Notes: generated by a model from the letters alone, not told the origin. A stretch of 64,000 nucleotides of DNA from the human T2T-CHM13v2.0 reference genome, Homo sapiens (GCF_009914755.1 NC_060934.1), one strand, 5' to 3'. Shown: positions 15,233 through 29,748, counted from the first letter of the stretch. A program made the numbers and translations.

Positions 15233-15397
15233 CTCGCACATAGTGAGTTCTTAATATAAGTTACTAATGTTATTATCTGTGTATAAATTATACAATAAGA
15301 AGAACAGTTCAGATTTATTTACATTATACTCTTCATGTTACTCAAAATGTCATAATTTTGGGCAGAAATGTATTAACATCATCCATTAAAATGGCTA

Positions 15398-16211
15398 GGG
15401 CAAAGGATATGAACAGACACTTCTAAAAAGAAGACATTTATGCAACCAACAAACATATGAAAAAATGTTCATCATCGCAGGTCATTAGAGAACTGCAAAT
15501 CAAAACCACTGTGAAATACCATCTCACGCCAGTCAGAATGGCGATCATTAAAAAGTAAGGAAACAACAGATGCTGGAGAGGATATAGAGAAATAGGAATG
15601 CTTTTACACTGTTTGATGGGAGTGTAAATTAGTTCAACCATTGTGGAAGACAGTGTGGCTATTCCTCAAGGATCTAGAACTAGAAATACCATTTGACCCA
15701 GCAATCCCATTACTGGGTATATACCCAAAGGATTATAAATCATTCTACTATAATGATACATGCACACATATGTTTATTGTGGCACTATTCTCAATAGCAA
15801 AGACTTGGAACCAGCCCAAATATCCATCCATGATAGACTGGATACAGAAAATGTGGTATACACCATGGAATACTATGCAGCCATAAAAAAGGATGAGTTC
15901 ATGTCCTTTGCATGGACATGGATGAAGCTGGAAACCATCATTCTCAGCAAACTAACGCAAGAACGGAAAACCAAATACTGCATGTTCTCACTCATAAGTG
16001 GAAGTTGAACAATGAGAACACATGGACCCAGGGAGAGGGACATCACACCCTGGGGGGTGCTTAGGGGAGATATAGCATTAGGAGAAATACCTAATGTAGG
16101 TGATGGGTTGATGGGTGCAGCAAACCACCATGACACATGTATACCTATGTAACAAAACTGCACGTTCTGCACATGTATCTCAGAACTTAAAGCATAATAA
16201 TAATAAAAAAA
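15398..16211 (+). mobile_element. L1PA7-like 5'-truncated element
   Basis: ORF2 C-terminus ([17 protein letters not shown]), 3'UTR gggttgatgggtgcagcaaaccaccatg, A-rich tail. Confidence 0.92.
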
Positions 16212-16505
16212 CAATTTATACTGATTAAAAAATGTTATCTCACATCAGATACAGAGAATAAATGAGCAGCCTCCAATCCTTTTTAGGAAGGAGGCAGGAC
16301 ATAAATAAACAAAATATGGACTAAATGAAATATAACTTAAGCAATCTCCCTATATACATTTTTCAACAAACCTGAAATCTATTAGGTAAAAAGAAGTGGC
16401 TGAGATGGACATTCATATGGGTAGTCCAAAAGTACTGACCCTAAATTAGAGTTGTAGTCACTGCTATTATATACAGTATTTTATAATAATTTTTTAAGTC
16501 CATAC

Positions 16506-16873
16506 TGTTTTGGACTGACTTATGTCCCCCCAAAATTCATATGTTAAAGTCCTTAATCTCAATATGAGTGTATTTGGAAATAGGGACTTTAAGGAGGTAA
16601 TTAAGGTTAAATTGGTCCCTAATCCAGTAAGACTACTGTCCTTACGATAATAAGAAAAACTAGGAATACATGCACACAGAGAAAAGACCGTGTGAAGACA
16701 CAGCAAGAAGGTGGCAGTCTGCAAGCCTAGAAGAGTGATCCTAGCAGAAAACAACCCTGCCAGCACCTTGATCTTGGACATCCAGGCTTCAGAAGAGTGG
16801 GAAAATAAATTTCTTTTGCTTAAGCCACCCAAGTCTGCGGCATTTTTTATGGCAGTCCAAGCAGATTAATACA
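16506..16873 (+). mobile_element. MLT1B-like solo LTR
   Basis: tgttttggactga...gtccccccaaaattcatatgtt ... ccagcaccttgatcttggac ... gcagattaataca. Confidence 0.88.
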
Positions 16874-17621
16874 CACATCTTATCATCAGTTGGAAATACA
16901 ATATGATTCCATAACTTTGAACCATCCAAAATTATCTAATCATTGTACTGGAAGTCACATTCCTTTATTTAATAATTGATTAGATCACTTTTACTCTTCC
17001 TACAACCATTTTTGTATCATGCTGTATTTGTTCGTTGGGAATGAAAGTTTGTTTCCTATTATAAATACTGCAATGATTTTATCTCATTTCCCTGTCTAGA
17101 AAAATGAATCATGGAGGGACATTAACATTAAACAATAATTTTGGCAAATAATACTTTGTGTTTTAAGAATGAAGGCCATAAATTGCATTAATAACTTCAC
17201 TCTATTAATCAGTGCCTCTTTTCATTATAAAATAAATACATATACACACATTAAATTACTCTATTGAGGGAAGGAAAAGCATTTGAATATGTGTTTCTGC
17301 ATGTGGGGTAGTTATTAAACAAAAAAAATTTAAAGAAATAGAACATTTTTAAATTTTAAAAATATATAATGGCATATTTAACAGTTACGAAACTATGCTA
17401 TGTTTCTCATGAAAAATGAATATAATAATTGCAGAGTGAATAAAAAGGGAGAATAAGAAATGTATGTGAGCATGTCTCTTTCCTAAAAACTTACACACAG
17501 AAGTTCATTGTGTAACTAACCATTGCTGAATGACTGGATTTGTAATCCAAGGAATGTTCTCTGTATCACTAGTGAAAGTAAGTGGAGCTCAAACAATGTG
17601 ACACAAATCTGAAAAACCATA

Positions 17622-17971
17622 ACACTTAGTTTTTGGTTGCTATAACAAATCACTATAAACTGGGTAGTTTATAAACAACTTACTTCTCACATTGCAAGAG
17701 GTTGACAAGTCCAAGATGAAGATGCAGTACATTAGGTATCTGGTGAGTGCCTGCTTACTGGTTCTTGGGCAGTGATCTTTTTGCCCCTGTCTTCACATGT
17801 TGGAAATTGGGAATGAGCTCCTTTAGTTCTCTTTTATAAAGGCACTAGTTCCATTCATGAGGCTCAGCTCTCATGACCTAATGATCTCCCAAAGGCCCTA
17901 CCTTCTACTACCTTGGGGGTTTGTATATAATACACAAATTTTGAGAGATCACAAACATCCAGATCACTTCA
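17622..17971 (-). mobile_element. MLT1A-like solo LTR
   Basis: ttgctataacaaatcactataaactgggtagtttataaacaac ... ctcatgacctaatgatctcccaaaggccc. Confidence 0.85.
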
Positions 17972-19061
17972 CTTTGATAGATTGAATCACCTTAATATGA
18001 GAATAATGCCTTCCAGAATTACCTGAGGCCTGAAAAGAGCATTAAGTATAATCAGCTGCCTTTAGTCTGATGAAAATTTGTAATTTCCATTTCAGAGGCA
18101 AGAAGCAGAGCTGTCAAGTGACTTAGATATGGTAATACAGCTAACAAGTCATCACTTAGGATTTAGAATGCCTGTTTTCTTTATCCATGTTGCTGCTTAT
18201 TCAGTGAGTGGTTTTTCCCACTTTATACTGTATTTATATGTGGTAACGCTATTTGTGAGCTTTGGGGAATAGTTATGTACTGAATAAACACTTATGCAAG
18301 TTTATATTAATCACATTATTTTTCAACTGTGTGTTCCATTCTTTCTCAGAAAAATAAAGATGGTACGTTTTTACCAAATCTAAGTGACATGGTCAGTCAT
18401 TAATTAGTAAAAAAAAAATTCCCAAATGCACAAAATCCTTCCTTTTTCTAAATAGGATATTATTTCTACTTTACAAAGCTAATAGCTATAGCTTGTCTAG
18501 AGACAAGTCCAACTGCCCAAAATGTGGCAAAATTATAATGAAAAGATAACTTTTAAAATGTACCTCATTAGTCTTTAGTATATATCTATGAAGGAGGTAA
18601 CTGTTGGCTTAAAATGTATATAGGATGAGAGCTTGAAAAAAATTAGAGGTAAAGTTAATATTCTAAATGTTACAGTTTATATGTTAAAGAGAGATTTGGG
18701 CTGGAAATAATTTGGAAATTATGTAGATTAAATTAAAAATATTTTATACAAAACATCTTTGCCAACATTCTCAGGTTTTTCATTTGTAATATTTTCTTAA
18801 AGAAACAAAATGAAGTAAAATGACTGTAAATACTGTAGTAAAATAATTTTTTAGAAACGTTATAATTTCCATTATAGTATACTAATTACTACCATAGTAA
18901 TATCCACAGTTTAAAAATTTTTCCATTTTGATAAGTGAAAAATATTTTATTTTTGAAATTTACATTTACTTGAGGTAAATTACTTTCAACATGTGATTTA
19001 ATGCCCAAACTAGCATGAAATGCAAAAGTAGAAAAATTTGCAAAGTTTCAAATATTTTTTT

Positions 19062-20287
<1,226 letters not shown>

Positions 20288-20736
20288 TCAAATATTTTTT
20301 TCTAATGCTTCAGTTTTTAGGAAGCTACCGGAAAATACATCCCACAGAAATGAGAAAGCAAATTACAAGAGAAGAAATTTCTTAAAATATGGATCTTAAC
20401 AAAAGATAGTTGAATGGTAAATTTGGATAAATAAATAGACGATGTTCAGGAAAATGTCCGAGTCATTGTTGTCTCTCCTGTGCTATCACTCTTTCACTGT
20501 GAAAAGCCCCTGGGACTTAGAATCTGTCTAGAGTGTAAAGAGTTATAGAAAAATCTTGAGTTGGCTACAGAAATTTACAAATAAATGGGATTAATCCAAA
20601 CTGGCAAGGTTTTTTGTTTTTTGTTTTTTTATGTTTGACAGAATGGAAATGTATTGTAAAAGCAATGCAGTTATAGTAATAAAGTTACGTATTTTAATAT
20701 TTGTGTTTATTTTCTAGAAAAATATATATCAGGTCC

Positions 20737-21838
20737 TATATTAGTGTTCTCCTGAGGAACAGAACACTATATATATATAAAGAGATTCATTATAAGAAAC
20801 TAGATCACATAATTATGGAGGCTGGAAAGTCCAAAATCTGAAGTGTGACCTGAACCATCAGGCTTGAGACCCAGAAGATCTGATGTTTCAGTTTCATCTG
20901 AAAACTTGCAAGCAGAAATCCAGGAAAGCTGATGTGCAGATGAAGCCTGAAGGCAGTGTGAGAGGCTGGTCTTTGTGTTCTATTTAAGCCTTCAGCTGAT
21001 TGGATGAGGCCCATCCAAATTATGGAGGCCAGTCTGCTTACTCAAAGATCACCAATTTAAATGTTAATCTCTACCATCTCACACCAGTCAGAATGACTAT
21101 TACTAAAAGTAAAAAGACAACAGATGCTGGTGAGGCTGGGGAGAAAATGGCATGCTCATACACTGTTGGTTTAAATATAAGTTAGTTCAGCCATTGGGAA
21201 AGCAGTGTGAAGATTTCTCAAAGAACTTAAACTAGAACTACCATTCGACTTAGCAATCCCATTACTGGCTATAAACCCAAAGAAAACTAAATCATTATAC
21301 CAATAAGATACATACACTCATATGTTTATCACTGCCCTATTTGTGGTAGCAAAGACGTGGAATTAAACTAAGTGCCCATCAATGGGTGTACTGGATAAAG
21401 AAAATGTGGTACATATATACCATGGAATACTATTCAGCCTTAAAAAGAATGAAATCATGTCCTTTGCATTAAATGAATAGAGCTGGAGGCCATAATCCTA
21501 AGAGAATTAACACAGGAAAAGAAAACTAAACAGTACATGTTTTTATTTATAAATGAGAGTTAAACATTGAACATTTATGGACATAAACATGGGAACAATA
21601 GACACTCCTAACTACCAGTGGGATGAAGGAAGGAGGGAGATGTGGGTTGAAAAACTACCTATTTTACTATATGCACCATCTGGGTGCAATATACCTATAT
21701 AACAAACCTGCATGTGTACCCTGTGTATCTAAAATAATAGTTCAAATTGAAAAAATAAATATAAAAATAAATAAATAAATAAATGTTTATCTCATCCAAA
21801 TACACCCTCCGAATTGACACCTAAAATTAACTATCATA
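20737..21838 (-). mobile_element. MLT2 (C/D-like) LTR split by an L1
   Basis: tatattagtgttctcc...gattggatgaggccca...aaatgttaatctc, resuming after the L1 as atccaaatacaccctc...ttgacacctaaaattaactatcata. Confidence 0.85.
21072..21780 (+). mobile_element. L1PA16-like 3' fragment nested in MLT2
   Basis: TSD aaatgttaatctc (21059-21071) / aaatgtttatctc (21781-21793); 3'UTR ggacataaacatgggaacaatagacact...gggttgaaaaactacctatt; (AAAT)n tail. Confidence 0.9.
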
Positions 21839-21904
21839 GATCCTTTGTTCAAATACTTGCATGGAATGTTTTCAGAGGTGAAACATGGGTGATGCTAAAG
21901 CTGA

Positions 21905-22120
21905 TTCTTTTTGTTTTTGTTTTTCTTTTTTTGGTGCAGTGACACAATCTTGGCTCAGTGCAACCTCCACCTCCTTGGCTCAAGGGATCCTCCTGTCTCA
22001 GCCTCTTGAGTAGCTGGGACTACAGGTGTGTGCCACCACATCCAGCTAAGTTTTGTATTTTTTGTAGAGATAGGGTTTTGCCATGTTTCCCAGGCTAGTC
22101 TCAAACTCCTGGGCTCAAGC
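21905..22120 (-). mobile_element. AluJ, 5'-truncated and with a deletion next to the tail
   Basis: ggctcaagggatcctcct and aactcctgggctcaagc are AluJ-type; T tail joins directly to ggtgcagtg. Confidence 0.88.
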
Positions 22121-23405
22121 CTATACTGAAAGGCAGAAATTTATAAGGAAAGGGATAAGCATGAAAGCATAGATCCTTTTAACTTCTAGGTTTGTGTTAG
22201 AACTACTTGTTAATGACAGTAACACTTCTCATTACATTGTGGGCTAGGCTCTTATTCTGGAATTATCCATATCCATTTTTCAGTCACCAGGCTTGAGAGT
22301 CTGTAAGCAAAACTAACTTCATATGCAGTGAATATGAGGCATGTGTTCCATCTTCTATCACCATAAAATTAATCTCCTTAGATTTGCCACAGTGGAGTTT
22401 CAAGTCCTAAAATTGCACTCAGTAATATATAAAATGCTGCTGTGCTTATAATTTCACCATCATACATTTAGCTACAATTGGAAATGAGGCCTAGTAGAAG
22501 TACATAATCAATTTAGTAAATTTATCTTTGCTTCCTTAGACAATTTCCTTTGAAATCAAACACTTGTGGAAATGTTGATTACTTGAATGACATAAGAATG
22601 GCAGATTTTTTTTGAGTGCTTCATTTTTCTATTTCTCTCATTTTCACCCAAAATACTTTAATCTTTCCTCGTGGGAGGAAAACTGTTATGCAATAAATGA
22701 GACAGGCTTTGAAACTTCAAAGAATTTATACATGTTTTCAGTGATTTTACGAATAGTCTAATAGGTTTTCTTGATGCAGAATACAATTTGAAGAAACAAA
22801 TAAAAATAAAATAGATAACTGAATAAAATGAGAGAGAGAGAGGAAATTCTGCATCCCAGGAAACCCCACAGAGGTATCACCTTCTTGCCTTGATATAAGA
22901 TAACTTACTGAGTGTCACATTGCAAGATAAAATTGAGCCATCTTATATGGAACATCTTACTGATGTGACCCCTGTCTCTTCACCTTAGGTAATTTGGCCC
23001 CAAAAAATCCATGTACAGAGCATTAAGACTGGACAGTAAGTTTCCTGTACTTGAGAGCCTCTGCATGTACTCAAAAGTATTAAACATAACCGTTTCTCTT
23101 TTCGCCCTCTCAGTCTCTTCTACTTTATGGTCTTATGTAAAGCTTCACAGTAAAGATTAGCTAGAAGATCATGCTCTGAGGAAGTGAGATCTGTGATGGA
23201 GACCTGAAAGACTCCCCAACATACCCTCCCTGCACAAACACAGCCATGCAATGCCACTAATAGTGCTGAGCTATGCTAGCAAATAGGAGGTTCAAACATG
23301 TTTCCCCTGCCAGGAACACTCTTCTCATTTCTCACTTGTTCCTTTTTATCTTTCCAGTCTCAAGACCTTCAAAAAAGGGCCTTTCTAGCCATTTTTATAG
23401 CATCT

Positions 23406-23947
23406 ATAGGATGGTTCATTTTATATGTCAACCTGAATGGGCTACATGATGCCCAAATATTTGGTTAAACATTATTCTGGGTGTGATTGTGAGGGTGATT
23501 CTGGATGAGATTAACATTTGAATCAGTAGACTGAATGAAGCAGATTGTCTTCTCCAATGTGAGTGGGCTTTACTTATCCAATCTGTTGCAGGCCTAAATG
23601 GAACAAAAGATGAGATAAGGGAGAATTCATTCTCTCTGCCTGATTGTTTATGAGTTGAGACATCATCCTCACTTGTACTTGGACAGGAACTGTGCTACCG
23701 GCTTGCTCTCCTGGGTCTACAGCTTATAGAGGGCAGATTGTGAGACTTCTCAGCCTTCATTACTACATGAGCCAATTCTTGATAATCTCTCTCTTTCTCT
23801 CCCAGTGAATGTGTGTATGTGCACATATGTGTGTATACATACATATATATGTGTATATATACATATATTGTTTCTGTGTATATATGTGTGTGTTTATATG
23901 TGTGTGTATATATATTGTCTCTGTGTGTATATATATATGTGTGTGTA

Positions 23948-23994
<47 letters not shown>

Positions 23995-24014
23995 GGAGAA
24001 CCCTGAGTAATATA
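23406..24014 (+). mobile_element. MLT2D-like solo LTR within an L2
   Basis: gatggttcattttatatgtcaacctgaatgggc ... ctggatgagattaacatttgaatcagtagactg ... ggagaaccctgagtaatata. Confidence 0.88.
23808..23994. repeat. Compound (TG)n/(TA)n microsatellite
   Basis: About 185 bp of mostly alternating purine-pyrimidine sequence. Confidence 0.95.
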
Positions 24015-24029
24015 ACTTAGTTTTTTCAT

Positions 24030-24250
24030 TCATAACACTTTTTGCAAATTATGACTACACATTTATTTGTCTGCATACATTTGTTTTGTCGATGTCTCTT
24101 TTTAGAATGTAAAATAAATCCAGTGAAGGCAAATGTCTTGGCTCTTTTGCTTACTGCTAAATACCTAACATCCAGCACATTGCCTGGAACATAAAAGGTG
24201 CCAAATAAATTTGTGCTTATTACATAAATATATAAATAAATGAACTAAAT
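24030..24250 (+). mobile_element. L2 3' end
   Basis: tagaatgtaa...gaaggca...tgcttactgctaaatacctaacatccagcacattgcctggaacataaaaggtgccaaataaatttg. Confidence 0.75.
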
Positions 24251-24854
24251 GAAAAATGTGAAATATAGTTTCATTTCCTCACCTGTAGAAAAAGTAAATT
24301 GTATTTTTTGGGTATGTATTTAGCAAGCTTATGTGGGGATCAACTTTAGAAATGCATAAAAAAAGTATATTTAAACCTCTAAACTCCATATAGATACTGG
24401 AGATTTTTCAAATATGATTTCGTCTACCAGGTTATTAAATCCAAACTGTAGTAGTGCAGTTTTAATGTCTAGGTATTGCTTTCCTATTAATTTTTAGGCC
24501 ATCCAGTTGTTTTCTTTAATTGATTTAATATAATTTTACTTTCTCCTCACACTGTTCTCTTCTAGTTTTTCTATAATTTCAAGCATGGGGGTGGCCATGA
24601 GTTCATTTGCTTTCTTGGAGGGAACTGTGTCTCAGAGAAGTTGCAACCTGCCCAATATTACCTGTGTTTAATAACTGACAGGAAGAGTTCAATTTATGTG
24701 TCACAACTTCAGATTGTTCTGTTAAATCATAGGTGGAAGGCATAGCAAAAAGGAGGGTCAATCATTTTCCTTGAAAGTAAAATAGAATGGTTAGAACAAT
24801 TTGATTTAAATGATTTTTTTGTTTACTTATTTAGTAATACAAAACTCAGTGTCA

Positions 24855-25156
24855 GGCCGGGCGTGGTGGCTCACGCCTGTAATCCCAGCACTTTAGGAGG
24901 CCGAGGCAGGCAGATCACCTGAGGTCAGGAGTTCGAGACCACCCTGGCCAACAGGGCAAAACCCTGTCTCCACAAAACATACACAAAAAAAATTATCCAG
25001 GCGTGGTCGTGCGCACCTGTAATCCCAGCTACCCGGGAGGCTGAGGCAGGAGAATCGCTTGAACAGGGAGGTGGAGGTTGCAGTGAGTTGAGATCGTGCC
25101 ACTGTACTCCAGCTTGGGTAACAGAGTGAGACTCCATCTCAAAGAAAAGTAAAAAG
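24855..25156 (+). mobile_element. AluSx-like
   Basis: Full-length dimer; TSD aaaactcagtgtca (24841-24854) / aaaactcagtgcca (25157-25170). Confidence 0.96.
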
Positions 25157-25175
25157 AAAACTCAGTGCCAGCTAT

Positions 25176-25318
25176 TATTTTTTGTGTTTTTTTTTCTCCT
25201 TTTATTTTAGTTTTGGTGGTACATGTTCAGGTTTGTTACATGGGTAAATTGCATGTCACCGAGGTGTGGTGTATGAATGATCCTGTCACTAACGTAGTGA
25301 GACACACCCAATAGGTTA
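25176..25318 (-). mobile_element. Very short L1PA13-like 3' end
   Basis: ggtacatgttcaggtttgttacatgggtaaattgcatgtcaccgaggt...aatgatcctgtcac. Confidence 0.8.
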
Positions 25319-26176
25319 TTAATTACATGTGTTAGAATTCTAAAGCAAAATAAATGTTCCTTTTCTCTAATATTCTTTTGAACTCTATCAGTTAGAGGCC
25401 ATCAGTATGATTTTAGAAATGGTGAGTTTCAACCGCGGGCAGGAATTAAGGCATTTCACTGAAACATTATCTGCCTGAATTGTAGCTTTGCAGTTCTTCT
25501 CTAAGCTATGTTATATTGATTTGCCATTCACTGTATTTTCTGATGTTAACATTTACTTTGCCTAAAGGAATAAACATAAAAAGACACTTTGTTTTATTTG
25601 TCCAAAACAATTTGTGATAGCTGAGATTATCTTTCTGGATTTAGAGTTCAATAAAATTGGCAGGTGACCTGTACTCTAATTATTGTATAGATATGACATT
25701 TTATTTATAAAAAACTTGATTTTTTAACACATTAAGTGGAAAATACATTTAAAGAAAATTATATCTGTTAACCAACTTTCCTCATCCTTTAGTATATTAT
25801 GCTTGTAGTGGAGTGATAGGGTAAAGGCATATGGGTAGTGGGGTAAGTCATATGTAGTAGAGTGAGAGGGTAAAGACATATTATATATACATATATATAT
25901 GAAAGCATATATATAAAATATGTATAATTTCTTTATATATATAATTAAATTAGCTTTACATAGAGTTTTTCTGCCTCTGTTTGTGTTTCTGTGTAATCCA
26001 ATGGTGCTTGGTCAAGCTTTCATAGACAGTAATCTTAAGCGTAAGTGAGGTGCTTAGAGTACTTTGATACTCTTAGTGAAGCATTTTTTAAAACAACCCT
26101 GACATAATTATTCCCCAATTCTCCCAACAGAAGTAGAGATTACACTATAAGCAATTCATTATTTGCATTGCTTAAA

Positions 26177-27053
26177 TGTACCATAGAGATAATAATAGCC
26201 TCCCAGAGATGTTCAAGTCTTAACCCAGAGCCTGTGAATATGTTTCCTTACATGGCAAAAGGATTTTTCATGTGTGATTACATTAAGGATCTTGAAATGA
26301 GAGATTATTCTGGATTATCCATGTGAGTCTAATGTAATTGTAAGGGTTCTTATAAGAGAAGAACAGGAAGGTCATAGTCAGAGAGAAAATGTAAAGATGA
26401 AAGCAGAGGTCAGATATTTGAAGGTGCTATACTGCTGACATTGCACATGGAATATGGGATCATGAGCCAAGGAATGCAGGCAGCCTCTAGAAGCGGGAAG
26501 AAGAAAGGACATGTATTTTTCTTTAAAGCCTCAGAAGGAACACAACCTTGTTAGCACCTTGATTTTATCTCTTTGAAACCTAGTTAGGACTTCTGACCTC
26601 CAGGACCATAACATAAATTTGTGTTGTTTTAACCCATAATGTTAGTCATAATTGTCTTACAGCAATGCCATATGTCTCAGTCTATTTGGGTTGCTCTAAC
26701 AAAATACCATAAACTAGGCAATTTATAAACATGAGAAATGTATTTCTTACAGTTGTGTTGGATGGGAGGTCCAAGATCAAGGCACCAACAGATTCAGTGT
26801 CTGGTGATGACCTGTTCCCTGGTTCATAAATAGTGCCTTCTGTCTGTGTCCTTAAACGGTGGAATGGGCAAGGAAGCTTTATGGGACCTCTTTCATAAGG
26901 GCATTGAAACACAGTCCATCCTCGTGATCTAATTATCTCCCAAAGGCCCCACCTCCTAATATCATCACATTCATGATTATGTTTCAACATTATAAATTTT
27001 GGGGGAACACAAACATTTCATGTCATTGCAAGCAGCAACAGGACTCTTATATT
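26177..27053 (+). mobile_element. MLT1D LTR, interrupted near its 3' end
   Basis: cctgtgaatatgtttccttacatggcaaaagg; gagccaaggaatgcaggcagcctctagaagc; terminal agcagcaacagga resumes at 27031. Confidence 0.88.
26673..27030 (-). mobile_element. MLT1A-like LTR nested in MLT1D
   Basis: tgtctcagtctatttgggttgctctaacaaaataccataaactagg ... ctcccaaaggccccacctcctaatatcatcaca. Confidence 0.88.
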
Positions 27054-27964
27054 ATACAAAGAGTCACCCTGCATGTCATGATATTTGAATTATGAGCTAT
27101 GAACACTTTATAATACCTTTCTTTATTTCCTCTAATCACTTCTCATAAAAATACCAAGTACATAAATTGAAACCAAAAGAATGAGAAAATATTTATCAAA
27201 TATTCAATAAATGTTTACTGAGCAAAAACTAAATTTCAGGGACTTAAAGGTCCTGGAAATAAATATAAGAGTAAAGAATATTAAAACTATAATGCTCTGT
27301 TTCAGAGCAGGGGCTGGAGAATACAATTCATTATGGATCTTTAGGCACAACAGAGCTAAGAGAGTTATGCGATCAGATTCATGTGTTTCACATGGTGAAA
27401 TGTGTGAAAGGCCTCAGAAGAGGTTGTCTTTAGAAGTATCTATAATTCAAGTTAACAGCCTTCAAAGGTTTCAATAGCAGCTAAACCTCATTCATCATTC
27501 CAGGAAGAAATAAATCTACTTCAGTTCATCTCACACCATTATTCCAAGGATTGCCTGTGAGTTGTCATTTTTTTTTCTTTGTATGTATTAGTGAAGTTTG
27601 CTCTTTAGTTTTAGGACAGGTTATACAAAAGCATCCAAGAAATTTAGTCAAACTACTAGTTTGAATCACCAGCAAAATAGTGAAATCACTGATTTTATAC
27701 AAGTCACATCAAGATCATGCCAAGTTTTAAAATAAACAATCAGTTGTACAGTTTTAAAACCTTCATTGTTTGGTCATTGCTGTATAGGTGTGTACTCTTG
27801 GGATATATACAGGTGTATACTCTTAGGATATATCTGTCTCCTCATTGTGTCTCCAAAATTATTCATTTGCTGCTTGCAATAGTGCCTAACTTTAAAATGG
27901 CATGTATGACTATTTAGAAGATACACTTTATCTTATTTGATTCTCTCAGTTTTTTATAGAAATT

Positions 27965-29085
27965 ATAAAAATAATTGTAATTTTTAAAACTTTTTCATCA
28001 GGGTAAACTTCAAACTCATAAAAAAGTTGTTTCATCTACCTTAAGAATTGTCAACTGGGGCCAATCTTAATGCATCTATACTTCTGTACTGATTCATTTT
28101 GAAGCAAATCTCTTCCATTTTTATCATTTAATTTATAATGATGTTAAGTATGTAGCATGTATCTTCTAAAAGACAAGAATGTTTTAAATATACATAGAAA
28201 TAATCTAATATCTGAAAAAAGTTTCTTAATTTCAAGTAACTTGTCAATAGAGATCTCAGAATTTGTGTATTACATATAACCTTATATAAGTGCTTAACGT
28301 TACATTGTCTCCTATATTTCTGAAAAAAATATTTTTAAAGAGATTGGTCAATTTTTTGGAAATAATATTTCTTAGATGGTATACATTTCCATCAGAAAAC
28401 ACATAACATCTGGTTGTCTCTGTTACGTGCTGTTGACAGCCATATATGATATTTCTAGGAGCCAATATGTTGTTTGAAGTTGGATTATGGCGATACTCTA
28501 TTTCTACCATTTCTCATAAATAAGTAATTGGCATAATTGTATAAATTTTTTTCTTATCAATTATTTTTTGAATTGAGGTACAGTTTTTATAGTAAGGAGA
28601 GATAATCTCTTTGATTTTTCTTTTATTACCCAGTATTTAATATAATGAATTAGTTACCTATTATTCTCTAATTGTGACCATTATTTTTTGTTTTGATTTG
28701 GTTGGTTGGTTTGGTTGGTGTTGGCTTTTTGATATCATTATGTACTCATAAATTTAAATATGTTTGATAAGTGTCAATCTATTGCAGTTATCATTCTTAT
28801 TGATGGGCAAATTATCTCAACTGTACCCAAGGAGAAACTCTTCAAATTGGTCTCTAGGACTTTTTAACATGACACTAGTCGTCTCATATCTCTTTTGCTA
28901 TCTGGTTCTATAAGATGTTATAGCAACATCTGGTATACTTTCTAACCCATACCTCAATCAGCCATTTATCCAAGGACACCTGATTGATTTCTTTTGATAG
29001 AAAATTGTGTTCAGATTCCAGAATGTAAGTGGCTAGTGGACACATTAGAAATGAATTGTTCATTATTTCCAGATGTTTTTCAGTG
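27965..29085 (-). mobile_element. L1MC4/5-like 3' end, degenerate
   Basis: attttgaagcaaatc; gcagttatcattcttattgatgggcaaatt; aatcagccatttatccaagga. Confidence 0.65.
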
Positions 29086-29087
29086 GA

Positions 29088-29258
29088 TATTATATTCATT
29101 TCCTATTGCCACTATAACAAATTACCACAGGCACAGTGACTTAAAACAATGCAGATTTTCCTCTCCTACAGTTCCAGAGGTCAGAAGTCTAAAATAGGTT
29201 GGCAGGGTTCTGTTCCTTCTAGAGGGTGTAGCAGGTAATCTGTTACCCTGTTTTCTTG
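29088..29258 (-). mobile_element. MLT1 (E-like) LTR fragment
   Basis: ttcctattgccactataacaaattaccaca...ttaaaacaa...cagttccagaggtcagaagtctaaaat. Confidence 0.75.
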
Positions 29259-29450
29259 TGTTTCCAACACAAATATTTCTGAAAACATATTTAGAATAAA
29301 ATTGAAGTGAAATAATAATTTATTAAAGAAAATGTCTCCAAAACATATTCATGTATTTTTTTTTTTTAGATTTGTAAGTTGTTTTCTTGAATATTTTAGA
29401 GCAAACTCATTGGTAGCTTATTCATGTCGTATTGTTAAATTTAGGAAGTT

Positions 29451-29748
29451 AGAGCGGGTGTGATGGCCCATTCCTGTAATCCCAGCAGTTTGGGAGGCCA
29501 CAGTGAGGGGATTGCTTGAGGCCAGGAGTTTGAGACTATCTTGGTCAATTTAATGAGATCCTGTCATTATAAAAAATACAAACTTTTTTTGGGTATGGTG
29601 GCACTGGAGAGGCTGAAGTGGGAGGATCCCTTGGGCCTTGGAGGTTGAGGTTGCAGTAAGATATGATCATATCACTGCACTCTAGCCTGGGTGACAGAAT
29701 TATGCCCTGTCTCAAAAAAAGAAGAAAGAAAGAAAAAGAAAAAGAAAA
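29451..29748 (+). mobile_element. AluJ, diverged
   Basis: ggattgcttgaggccaggagtttgagac; gcactctagcctgggtgacaga; GAAA tail; short deletion at start of right arm. Confidence 0.9.

Noticed and set aside
23695-24033. Cluster of overlapping YI/HT/CV-rich ORFs
   Set aside because: Translation of a TG/TA microsatellite
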